This document shows, piece by piece, positions 10,126 to 21,002 of a stretch of 64,000 nucleotides of DNA (position 1 is the first letter of the stretch; each line of letters begins with the position of its first letter). The position numbers and the translations under genes were made by a program. Source of the DNA: Thermoanaerobaculales bacterium (GTDB taxonomy: Bacteria > Acidobacteriota > Thermoanaerobaculia > Thermoanaerobaculales > Sulfomarinibacteraceae); NCBI GenBank assembly GCA_025456145.1, contig JALOLD010000048.1, forward strand, positions 6,731 through 70,730, in the 5' to 3' direction. The notes under the pieces were generated by a model that worked only from the letters and a program-made list of their open reading frames with translations, had not been told where the DNA came from and made no database searches.

Positions 10126-10158
10126 CTTCGTGTCTTCGCGCCTTCGTGGTTGCGGCGA
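10126..10158 (-). repeat. 33-bp CACGAAG-type repeat, right arm
   Basis: Reverse complement reads TCGCCGCAACCACGAAGGCGCGAAGACACGAAG. Confidence 0.75.
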
Positions 10159-10182
10159 TGCGATGGAGCATCGCCAGCCCGA

Positions 10183-11823
10183 TCACTCTTCGACGGGGAA
10201 GAGCGCGCTGACGGCGAAGGCGGCGGTCGTCGCGAGGGCGAAGGCCGGAACGAGCTCGTAGAGGTGGTGCAGGCCCCAGCGCGGGACGAGCAGCCAGGCG
10301 GCGAGGACGAGCCCGGTCGCGGCGAGGACCGCGGCGCTGTGGCCGACCTCGAAGGCGCCGGTCGCCCGCCCGAGGAGCAGGATCGCCGCGCCCGCGACGA
10401 TGACCATCCACCACAGCCCCTCGAAGGCCAGCGGACCCGCCGACATCGGCTCGGTCGCCGCCCGGATGCCGAGCTTCCAGACGACGGTCACGCCGGCCCC
10501 GGTGAGCATGCAGGCGAGGGCGCCATAGCGGTTGACCCGGCTCGTCCCCAGGGCGAGCAGGGTCAGGGGCGAGAAGGCCGCCCCGAGACCCGACCAGGCG
10601 AAGAGGACGAACCAGAAGACGACGCTCTCGCCGCGCAGCGCGATGAGCACCCCGAGCGCCCCGACCACCGCGACGGTGATCCGCCCGAGGATCAGGCTCC
10701 GGCGATCGTCCCGGGCCCGCCCCATGCTCTGCTCGACGACGTCGTAGGAGACCGCGGAGGCCGCGACGAGGAGCTGCGACGACACCGTCGAGAGGATCGC
10801 CGAGATCACCGCCGCGAGGAGCAGCCCGGAGATGATCGGGTGGGTCAGCTCGAGGGCCAGCGCCATCAGGGCGCGCTCGCCGTCGGCCAGCCCGGGCAGG
10901 ACGACCCGGCCGACCAGCCCGACCAGACCGGCGCCGTAGAACACCGCGACGCCCCACAGCATGGCGATCACCTGGAGCCGCTCGACGTCGCGGTCGCTGC
11001 GGGTCGCCATGTACCGGGTGACGACGTGGGGCATCCCGGGGTAGCCGAGCCCGATGCCGAGCTCGCCGACGATGAAGCCCCAGGCGGCCGGACCGAGCCG
11101 GCCGCCGGTCGCGGTGAGAAGGGCCGGGTCGATCGCCCCGAGCTCGGCGATGAGCGCGGCGAAGCCGCCGAACCGGGCGATCGCCCAGAGCGGCAGCGCG
11201 ATCAGCGCACCCGCGACCAGCAGGCCCTGGAAGAGATCGGTCCAGGCGACCGCCCGGAAGCCGCCGAGCACCGTCACCAGCGTGATGACCGCGGCGCCGA
11301 TGAGCACGCCCACCAGATAGCCGGGGCCTTCGGCGTCGAGACCGAGCGAGGTCGAGAACGCCTTGCCCGCCGCGGTCATCTGCGACGCGACGTAGATCAT
11401 CATGCAGAGCAGGATGATGCTCGTCGCGGTGAGCCGGAGGACGTTGCCCGGGTCGCCCCAGCGCCGGGTGATGACATCGGTCAGGGTCACCGACCGGTCG
11501 GCCGCCGAGAGCCGGCGCAGCCGCGGCGCGACGAAGTAGATGTTGACCAGGTAGCCGAGCAGGCAGCCCGGCGCGAACCACAGACCCGAGATGCCGTAGG
11601 CGTAGGTCATGCCCACCGCGCCGAGGGTGACCCAGCCCGACTCCGAGCTCGCGGTCGACGAGATCCCGGCCGCCCAGGGGCCGAGCGAGCGCCCCGCGAG
11701 GTGGAAGTCCTCGCCGCCGTGGGTCCGCCGCGCCGCCCGCCAGCCGATCGCCAGCAGGGCGCCGAGGTAGAGCACCATCACCGCGCCGACCATCGTCACC
11801 GTCGTCGTCTCGAGGCCGCTCAC
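10183..11823 (-). CDS. putP: Sodium/proline symporter (SSS family)
   Basis: LAGRSLGPWAAGISSTASSESGW, GGFRAVAWTDLFQG, LGYPGMPHVVTRYMA, SAILSTVSSQLLV. GTG 11823 overlaps the stop of the upstream small ORF. Confidence 0.85.
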   Translation of the reverse strand: MSGLETTTVTMVGAVMVLYLGALLAIGWRAARRTHGGEDFHLAGRSLGPWAAGISSTASSESGWVTLGAVGMTYAYGISGLWFAPGCLLGYLVNIYFVAPRLRRLSAADRSVTLTDVITRRWGDPGNVLRLTATSIILLCMMIYVASQMTAAGKAFSTSLGLDAEGPGYLVGVLIGAAVITLVTVLGGFRAVAWTDLFQGLLVAGALIALPLWAIARFGGFAALIAELGAIDPALLTATGGRLGPAAWGFIVGELGIGLGYPGMPHVVTRYMATRSDRDVERLQVIAMLWGVAVFYGAGLVGLVGRVVLPGLADGERALMALALELTHPIISGLLLAAVISAILSTVSSQLLVAASAVSYDVVEQSMGRARDDRRSLILGRITVAVVGALGVLIALRGESVVFWFVLFAWSGLGAAFSPLTLLALGTSRVNRYGALACMLTGAGVTVVWKLGIRAATEPMSAGPLAFEGLWWMVIVAGAAILLLGRATGAFEVGHSAAVLAATGLVLAAWLLVPRWGLHHLYELVPAFALATTAAFAVSALFPVEE

Positions 11824-11936
11824 AGGCGCCCCCGCCGCCGATCGCGCAGCGCGTCGCCGACCACGAAGACCGTGAGCACGAGGGGGAAGACCCAGAGGAG
11901 GAGGTGTGCGCCGAGCGACAGGCTGTGCTGCTCCAT
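11820..11936 (-). CDS. 38-aa single-TM small protein coupled to the symporter
   Basis: MEQHSLSLGAHLLLWVFPLVLTVFVVGDALRDRRRGRL; its TGA overlaps the symporter GTG (GTGA). Below the ORF-track size cutoff. Confidence 0.6.
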   Translation of the reverse strand: MEQHSLSLGAHLLLWVFPLVLTVFVVGDALRDRRRGRL

Positions 11937-11982
11937 GGCGGTAGCTTACTTGTTCCTTGACGGTCCCGGGTGCGATGACGGC

Positions 11983-12072
11983 GGCAGCGGCAGCGACAGC
12001 GGCAGCGGCAGCGACAGCGGCAGCGACAGCGGCAGCGACAGCGGCAGCGACAGCGGCAGCGTCAGCGTCAGC
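11983..12072. repeat. Hexamer tandem repeat G(G/A/T)CAGC x15
   Basis: Counted directly; lies in the divergent intergenic region between the putP unit and surE. Confidence 0.9.
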
Positions 12073-12135
12073 GGTAACCGTGGCGACAGCGAGGCCGAGT
12101 GCTACACTCCCGCGACCATGACGGGGGAGGTCGGG

Positions 12136-13002
12136 ATGAGGCGACTGGCGACGACGTTGGCGGTGCTGCTGCTCGGGGGCTTCGCGGCGACGACCGCCGC
12201 CCAGACCCCGACCCACGTCATGGTGGTCAACGACGACGGGATCGACTCGCCCGGTCTCGCGGCCCTCGCGGCGATCCTCGCCGCCGACCCGGCCTACCGG
12301 GTGACCGTGGTCGCGCCGGCCGAGCAGCAGAGCGGGGTCGGCCACGCCGTCGTGATCCGCCGCGAGATCGCGCTCGCGCGTCACGCCGACATCGGCGGCG
12401 CGACCGCCTGGTCGGTCGATGCGACTCCGGCCTCGGTGACCGTCGTCGGTCTCACCGTCGTGCTCGCCGACGACCCGCCCGACCTCGTCGTCTCGGGGAT
12501 CAACAAGGGCGAGAACCTCGGCCGCGCGGCCTGGTACTCGGGCACCCTCGGCGCCGCCCGCGAGGCGGCGTTGCGCGGCATCCCCGCCATCGCCATGTCG
12601 CTCGAGCTCGACTGGAGCGATCCCCGACCCGACTGGCAGGCCGCGGCGCGGCTCGCCAAGCCGGTCGTCGACGCCGTGACCCGCCGGCCGCTGCCGGAGG
12701 GCGTGCTGCTCAACGTCAACTTCCCGCGCGACACCACCGCCGCCCGCGGCTACCGGGTGACCCGGCTCGGGCTGGCCCCCGACGCGGTCAGCGGCTACGC
12801 GGTCGACCGGGAGGAGGGGGGCGTACGCTGGCTGACCAGCCGCTGGGCGCCGCCGGCCGGCGACGAGGCCGGGACCGACATCGCGGCGATCTCCGCCGGC
12901 TGGATCCCGCTCACCCCGCTCCAGCTCGACCAGACCGCCTTCACCGCGATCGCCGGGCTCCTCGAGCTCGAGCCCGAGCTGCCCGCGGCCGCCGGGGAGT
13001 GA
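12136..13002 (+). CDS. surE: 5'/3'-nucleotidase SurE with N-terminal signal peptide
   Basis: VVNDDGIDSPG, APAEQQSGVG, VVSGINKGENLG, YSGTLGAAREA, LNVNFP. ATG 12136 follows GGAGG. Confidence 0.9.
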   Translation: MRRLATTLAVLLLGGFAATTAAQTPTHVMVVNDDGIDSPGLAALAAILAADPAYRVTVVAPAEQQSGVGHAVVIRREIALARHADIGGATAWSVDATPASVTVVGLTVVLADDPPDLVVSGINKGENLGRAAWYSGTLGAAREAALRGIPAIAMSLELDWSDPRPDWQAAARLAKPVVDAVTRRPLPEGVLLNVNFPRDTTAARGYRVTRLGLAPDAVSGYAVDREEGGVRWLTSRWAPPAGDEAGTDIAAISAGWIPLTPLQLDQTAFTAIAGLLELEPELPAAAGE

Positions 13003-13128
13003 GCCGGCGACCGTCGCCGGGAGTGGACAGCCGGAGGCGGGCAGGCTAGAGTGATGCCCCCCGGCCACGGCGAGGCAATGGTGCGTCCGCCGCACCGGCC
13101 GACCGCCGCCGGGCGCCCAGGAGGATCG

Positions 13129-13821
13129 ATGGCACGCCGAATCACCCGCAAGCAGCTCAAGCAGGACGACGAGTTCGTGTCGACGGTCGACACCGTGATG
13201 CAGTGGCTGGCCGACAGCTGGCGGCCGATCGCCGGCGTCCTCGCCGCGATCGCGGTCGTCGCGGTCGGTTGGTGGGGGGTCAGAGGCCTGATGGACTCCC
13301 GGGCCGACGACGCCTCGCTCGCCCTCCAGCACGCGATCGAGCTCTACGAGGGCGGGAGCGACGCCGGGCAGCTCGAGCCGGCGGGCGACCCGGCCGCCGC
13401 CGAGGCCGAGCTGCTGAGCGTGGTCGAGCACTATGGAAGCTCCGACCAGGCCGACATGGCGCGGGTCTACCTCGCCCGCATCCACTTCGACCGCGGTGAG
13501 ACCGAGCAGGCCCGCGACCTGCTCATCGGGCTCGCCGACCGGCGCCGCGACGACGCCATCGGCCGGCTCGCCACCCTCGACCTCGTCCACCTCCGGATCG
13601 CCTCCGGCCAGGCCACCGAGGTCGCCGCCGACCTCGAGGCGATGGTCGTCGGCTCCAACCCCGGTCTGCCGCGCGACGTCGCCCTGTACGAGCTCGGGCA
13701 GCTCCATCTCGCCGAGCACAACCCGGACCAGGCGAGGGACTACTTCTCGAAGCTGGTCGAGGAGTTCCCCGAGTCGCCCTACAACCGCCTCGCCCGTCAG
13801 CGGCTGGGCGAGCTCGGCTGA
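13129..13821 (+). CDS. YfgM-like membrane-anchored TPR protein
   Basis: RKQLKQDDEF N-terminus, one TM segment, TPR helices ending in EEFPESPY. Confidence 0.75.
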   Translation: MARRITRKQLKQDDEFVSTVDTVMQWLADSWRPIAGVLAAIAVVAVGWWGVRGLMDSRADDASLALQHAIELYEGGSDAGQLEPAGDPAAAEAELLSVVEHYGSSDQADMARVYLARIHFDRGETEQARDLLIGLADRRRDDAIGRLATLDLVHLRIASGQATEVAADLEAMVVGSNPGLPRDVALYELGQLHLAEHNPDQARDYFSKLVEEFPESPYNRLARQRLGELG

Positions 13822-13861
13822 TCGCCGGGCGGCAACCGCCGGTGACCGACCGGGCCCCGTC

Positions 13862-15184
13862 ATGAGCTTCGTCGAGGCGATCGCCCGCAAGCGCGACGGC
13901 CTGCCCCTCGAGCGCGACGACATCCGGCGCTTCGTCGGTGGGGCCACCCGGGGCGACCTCCCGGTCGAGCAGCTCGCAGCGATGCTCATGGCGATCTGCT
14001 GCCGCGGGATGTCGGCCGAGGAGACCTCGTGGCTGACCGACGACATGCTCCGCTCGGGCGAGGCCTGGGACCTCGCCGCGAGCCACCCGACGGTGGTCGA
14101 CAAGCACTCGACCGGCGGGGTCGGCGACACCGTGTCGCTGGTCCTCGCCCCGCTGCTCGCCGCGGTCGGCGTTCCGGTGGCGATGATGGCCGGCCGGGGG
14201 CTCGGCCACACCCAGGGCACGATCGACAAGCTCGAGGCGATCCCCGGCTTCGACTGCGACCGCGACCGGGCCGGCCTCGACCGGCTGCTCGAGCTCGCGG
14301 GCGCGGCGATCATTGCCCAGACCGCCGACATCGCCCCGGCGGACCGCCGGCTCTATGCGCTGCGCGACGTCACCGCCTCGGTGCCCTCGCTGCCGCTCAT
14401 CGTCGGCTCGATCATGTCGAAGAAGCTCGCCCTCGGGGCGGCGACCCTGGTGCTCGACGTCAAGTGGGGCCGCGGCGCCTTCCGCACGACCGTCGCCGAG
14501 GCGCACGAGCTCGCCGCGGCGCTGCGCCGGGTCGCCCGGGATGCGGGCGTCGCCTGCGAGGCCCTGATCACCGACATGAACCAGCCCCTCGGCTCGGCCC
14601 TCGGCACCGCCTCCGAGGTCCGGGCGGCTGTCGCCGTCCTCCAGGGCGAGGGGGACGAGTCGCTGCGCGAGGTCAGCCTGCGGCTCGCCGAGCAGGCGAT
14701 GGTGCTCCGCGGCGCCGACCCCGCCGCCGCGCGGTCGAGCCTCGAGCGGGTCCTTGCCGCGGGCGACGCCATGGCGGCCTGGATCCGCATGGTCGAAGCG
14801 CACGGCGGCGACCCCGACCCCGACCGGCTCGCCCGTCCGTCACGGACCGTCGAGGTCGTCGCCGAGCGGGCGGGCTTTCTCACCGGCGTCGCCGCTACCG
14901 ACCTCGGCCGGGTGGCGGTCACGGCGGGGGCCGGCCGCAGCCGGCTCGATGAGCCCCTCGACTTCGCCGGCGGCGTCAGGGTGCACTGCCGGCTCGGCGA
15001 CCGGGTCGAGCGGGGCCAGCCCCTGGCCACCCTCGAGCTCGGCGAGCGGCCGGTCGACGAGACCGCGCTGTGCTCGAGGATCGGCGCGGCGTTCGAGCTC
15101 GGCGACGACCCTCCGGCGACCCTCCCGGCGCTCGTCCTCGGGACGGTCGACGAGGTCGATCCGGGCGCCCGTCCGCACCCCTGA
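13862..15184 (+). CDS. pdp: Pyrimidine-nucleoside/thymidine phosphorylase
   Basis: DKHSTGGVGD, GRGLGHTQGTIDKLE, LYALRDVT, SIMSKKLA, LDVKWGRGAF. Confidence 0.92.
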   Translation: MSFVEAIARKRDGLPLERDDIRRFVGGATRGDLPVEQLAAMLMAICCRGMSAEETSWLTDDMLRSGEAWDLAASHPTVVDKHSTGGVGDTVSLVLAPLLAAVGVPVAMMAGRGLGHTQGTIDKLEAIPGFDCDRDRAGLDRLLELAGAAIIAQTADIAPADRRLYALRDVTASVPSLPLIVGSIMSKKLALGAATLVLDVKWGRGAFRTTVAEAHELAAALRRVARDAGVACEALITDMNQPLGSALGTASEVRAAVAVLQGEGDESLREVSLRLAEQAMVLRGADPAAARSSLERVLAAGDAMAAWIRMVEAHGGDPDPDRLARPSRTVEVVAERAGFLTGVAATDLGRVAVTAGAGRSRLDEPLDFAGGVRVHCRLGDRVERGQPLATLELGERPVDETALCSRIGAAFELGDDPPATLPALVLGTVDEVDPGARPHP

Positions 15185-17908
<2,724 letters not shown>

Positions 17909-17923
17909 GGCGACCGCCCCGGC

Positions 17924-18268
17924 ATGCGTCGCCTGCCGCTCGTCCTCGCCTGCGTCGTCGCCGTCGTCGCCCTCGGTCTGCTGTCGAGCATCGTCACCCA
18001 GGGCTTCGAGGACATGGCGCGGGCCGAGGACGAGCGGCGCCGGCTCGAGGCCGAGAAGGCCCGGCTCGACATCGAGATAGAGCGCCTCGAGAGGACCCTC
18101 GCGGCGCTCGCCAGCGACCCCGCCGCGGTCGAGTCGATGGCCCGGCTCGAGCTGCGCTACATCCGGCCCGGCGAGCGGGTGGTCATCCTCGCGACCCCGA
18201 CCCCGGCGCCGCTGCCGATCCTCGGAACCGAGCCGACCCCGACGCCGATCCTCAGCCTGGCGAGGTGA
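17924..18268 (+). CDS. ftsB: Septum formation initiator FtsB/DivIC
   Basis: TM segment, coiled coil, VESMARLELRYIRPGE; conserved position after eno. Confidence 0.8.
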   Translation: MRRLPLVLACVVAVVALGLLSSIVTQGFEDMARAEDERRRLEAEKARLDIEIERLERTLAALASDPAAVESMARLELRYIRPGERVVILATPTPAPLPILGTEPTPTPILSLAR

Positions 18269-18280
18269 CCGGGGCAGTCT

Positions 18281-18475
18281 TCAGGGTCGTGGTGGTTTGG
18301 GTCCCTTTCCGGCCGCGCGGGCGCGACCGACCAGAGGCAACAGCTCGTCGAGCATCTCCTCGAGCCAAGCGAGGCGTTCCGCCGGCGTCATCGCCAACCC
18401 GGCTCGCAGCTGTCGCCGACGAGTCTCGTCACGGCTCCAACCGAAAACCTCGGAGGACTGCGGCGACTCATTCAT
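18281..18475 (-). CDS. Small hypothetical protein (64 aa), putative partner of the nucleotidyltransferase
   Basis: MTPAERLAWLEEM motif; overlaps the upstream NTase stop. Confidence 0.55.
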   Translation of the reverse strand: MNESPQSSEVFGWSRDETRRRQLRAGLAMTPAERLAWLEEMLDELLPLVGRARAAGKGPKPPRP

Positions 18476-18971
18476 CCCCGACCTCCCGGATGAGGTCCAT
18501 CAGAACGGCCACGTCAGCAAGGTCCCGCGCACGGCCGGCCGCTCTCTTGAGCTCGACCAGGTCGTGAAGGGACACGATCGGGGCCGAGGTCCCCTCGAGA
18601 TCGACCTCCACCCTTCGTCCCCACGCCTCGTCGAAGTCGAACGGCTCCTCGACGAAGAGATCGACCTCGAAGCCTGGAAGGTCGGGATGCCAGAGAGAGA
18701 AGACCTGGAGGTTCTTGGTCTCGACCCACAGCCGCCGGGTCTCGGGATCCGCAAAGGAGCGCAAGGGCACCGGCGGCCGCGGCTGAAACCCGGACGCCTC
18801 GAGGGCATCGAGGGCCCGACCGAGGTTGTCGGGGCTCAGCTCCACCACGAGGTCGAGATCACCGGTCGTCCGCAGGTGACCGTGGAGCACGACCGCGACG
18901 CCTCCAACCACCAGGTACCGCACGCCTGCGTCATTCAGGGCCCTGATGACCGGTTCGAATCGCTGAGCCAT
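18468..18971 (-). CDS. Nucleotidyltransferase-fold protein (putative toxin-antitoxin component)
   Basis: YLVVGGVAVVLHG...TGDLDL (GG...DxD), [23 protein letters not shown] lies 7 nt before ATG 18971, suggesting a leaderless start. Confidence 0.8.
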   Translation of the reverse strand: MAQRFEPVIRALNDAGVRYLVVGGVAVVLHGHLRTTGDLDLVVELSPDNLGRALDALEASGFQPRPPVPLRSFADPETRRLWVETKNLQVFSLWHPDLPGFEVDLFVEEPFDFDEAWGRRVEVDLEGTSAPIVSLHDLVELKRAAGRARDLADVAVLMDLIREVGDE

Positions 18972-19009
18972 CGGGGGCATTCTACCCTCTGTGAGCGCGT
19001 CGCCTCGCC

Positions 19010-19038
19010 TTGACACCAACCGACCCCGGCCCTATACT
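19010..19038 (+). promoter_or_regulatory. Sigma70 promoter of the tRNA gene
   Basis: TTGACA (19010-19015), 17 nt, TATACT (19033-19038). Confidence 0.85.
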
Positions 19039-19054
19039 CTCCCTCCCTGATTGA

Positions 19055-19131
<77 letters not shown>

Positions 19132-19143
19132 TGCACATCAGTC

Positions 19144-19168
19144 GGCCGCCCCCCAGGGCGGCCTTTGT
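19144..19168 (+). terminator. Intrinsic terminator after the tRNA
   Basis: GGCCGCCC-CCCA-GGGCGGCC hairpin followed by TTTGT. Confidence 0.6.
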
Positions 19169-19171
19169 GAT

Positions 19172-19247
19172 GCGCCATCCGGGCAGTCTTCGGCTCGGCC
19201 CAAATCCTGGCGCCATCCGGGCAGTCTTCGGCTCGGCCCAAATCCTG
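19172..19247. repeat. Perfect 38-bp tandem duplication
   Basis: GCGCCATCCGGGCAGTCTTCGGCTCGGCCCAAATCCTG at 19172-19209 and 19210-19247. Confidence 0.9.
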
Positions 19248-19452
19248 CCCCCGCAACCAAGAACCAGCAAGCCGCGCGGACGCGCGGCTTGTTTCATTCT
19301 TGGTTGTACGCCCGAACCGGCGTCGCCGCTTCGAAACGAGGGCAGGATTCGTGTCGCTTGACGCCTCTCGGCTCTCCCGTCCTTCGTCCGGCGCGACGGC
19401 AAATCCTGCCCCCGCAACGAGTGATCTCACGGAACCTCGGAAATGAGCCCAT

Positions 19453-19475
19453 TATGTCTGGAATTCGGAGACATA
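19453..19475. promoter_or_regulatory. Inverted repeat upstream of abiEi (putative autoregulatory operator)
   Basis: TATGTCT-N9-AGACATA in an AT-richer patch about 20 nt before ATG 19497. Confidence 0.5.
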
Positions 19476-19496
19476 GTGTGCTTAAATCGGCAGACG

Positions 19497-20135
19497 ATGC
19501 GGGATCTGAGACGGCGAGTAGGTCGCGAGGAGTTCGACTACCAAGCGCTGATGGCGGCGTTGTCCGAGTATGCCAATCCGCGCGACAAGGTCACCGCCCT
19601 GCTCCGCCGTGGTGACATCATCCGGGTCAAGAAGGGGCTCTACATCTTCGGCGACGAGCTCAGGCGCCGGCCCTACTCGCGGGAGCTGCTCGCCAACCTC
19701 ATCTACGGTCCGTCGTTCGTGTCTCTGGATTCGGCCCTGTCGTTTTACGGCCTCATTCCCGAGCGGGTCGAGGCCCTGACCTCGGTGACAACGAGGCGGC
19801 CGAAGAGCTTCGACACGCCAATCGGCTCGTTCATCTACCGGCAATCACCTCGGGGCGCCTTCCATATCGGTATGGACCGCGTCGAGGAGGGCGACGTCGC
19901 CTTTCTGATCGCGACCCCGGAGAGGGCGCTCGCCGACAAGGCGAGGGACGACCGTGGGTACGCATTGAGCAACCGCGAGGAGGCGGCGCAGTACCTGTTT
20001 GACAATCTGCGGATCGACGAGGGGGAATTCAGGCGGTTGGACCCCAGCCGCCTCGAGGAGCTGGCCAGGGCTCTTCGCTCACGCAGAGTTGCGATCTGCG
20101 CGATCCTGCTTCGCCGTCTGAGGAGCGCAGCATGA
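19497..20135 (+). CDS. Type IV toxin-antitoxin antitoxin, AbiEi-like
   Basis: IIRVKKGLY, PSFVSLDSALSFYGLIPE, IATPERALAD; ATGA overlap with the next gene. Alternative start at 19443. Confidence 0.85.
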   Translation: MRDLRRRVGREEFDYQALMAALSEYANPRDKVTALLRRGDIIRVKKGLYIFGDELRRRPYSRELLANLIYGPSFVSLDSALSFYGLIPERVEALTSVTTRRPKSFDTPIGSFIYRQSPRGAFHIGMDRVEEGDVAFLIATPERALADKARDDRGYALSNREEAAQYLFDNLRIDEGEFRRLDPSRLEELARALRSRRVAICAILLRRLRSAA

Positions 20136-20998
20136 ACCCCGCCATCGCCAGCATGTTGGATCGGTACGACCGACGCAGCGCCGATGACCACGTCAACGCT
20201 CTGCGCGAGATCCTCCAGGAGATCGCCCTGTGCGGGCTGTGGCGAGCGAAGTTCTTCGAGCACGCAGCGTTCTACGGCGGTACCGCGCTGCGCGTGCTGT
20301 ACGGGCTCGACCGCTTCAGCGAGGACATGGATTTCTCGCTTCTGGCCCCCGCGGAGGACTTCGACCTCGTCCCGTACTGCGGTGCGGTCGAGGAGGAGCT
20401 CCGCGCCTGGGGCTTTCCGACCACCGTGGAGGTCAAGCAGAAGACCGCGAGGTCCGCCATCGAGTCGGCCTTCCTCAAGGCCAACACCCAGCTGCTTCTG
20501 CTGACGATCGAGGCGGGTGAGGTTGCCTCGGCAATCCACGGCCGACGCGAGCTCAAGATCAAGCTCGAGGTCGACACCGACCCACCCCCCGGCTTCTCCA
20601 CCGAGACCAAGTACCTGCTGCAGCCGATCCCATTCTCCGTCAAGGCCTACGATCCTCCGTCGCTCTTCGCCGGCAAGATGCACGCCATTCTCTGCCGGAG
20701 ATGGGGAACGAGGGTCAAGGGCCGCGACTGGTACGACCTCGTCTGGTACGTTGGACGGGGAGCGCCTCTCGACCTTTCCCACCTCGAGGCGAGGATGCGG
20801 CAGAGCGGGCACTACGACGATCACGCGGCGCTCGACGAGAGCACGTTTCGCTCGCTGCTGGCGGCAAGGATCGACGACCTGGACGTCGCTGCCGCTCGAT
20901 CCGAGGTCGAGCGCTTCCTGGTCGATCCCGCGACCGCCCGAGTATGGTCGCCAGAGTTCTTCCGGGCAGTGGCCCAGAGACTCTCGATCCAGAGATAG
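20132..20998 (+). CDS. AbiEii/AbiGii-family nucleotidyltransferase toxin
   Basis: FYGGTALRVLYGLDRFSEDMDFS, IKLEVD, GKMHAILCR, KGRDWYDL. Confidence 0.92.
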   Translation: MNPAIASMLDRYDRRSADDHVNALREILQEIALCGLWRAKFFEHAAFYGGTALRVLYGLDRFSEDMDFSLLAPAEDFDLVPYCGAVEEELRAWGFPTTVEVKQKTARSAIESAFLKANTQLLLLTIEAGEVASAIHGRRELKIKLEVDTDPPPGFSTETKYLLQPIPFSVKAYDPPSLFAGKMHAILCRRWGTRVKGRDWYDLVWYVGRGAPLDLSHLEARMRQSGHYDDHAALDESTFRSLLAARIDDLDVAAARSEVERFLVDPATARVWSPEFFRAVAQRLSIQR

Positions 20999-21002
20999 CA
21001 GT

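Noticed and set aside
10117-12135. 961-aa ORF joining an Arg-rich region and a GSDS repeat to SurE
   Set aside because: It is antisense to putP and runs through the microsatellite; SurE has its own ribosome-binding site and start at 12136.
19172-19420. Repeats after the tRNA as a CRISPR array or extra tRNA genes
   Set aside because: Spacing is irregular, the repeats derive from the tRNA 3' end only, no full cloverleaf forms and no cas genes are present.
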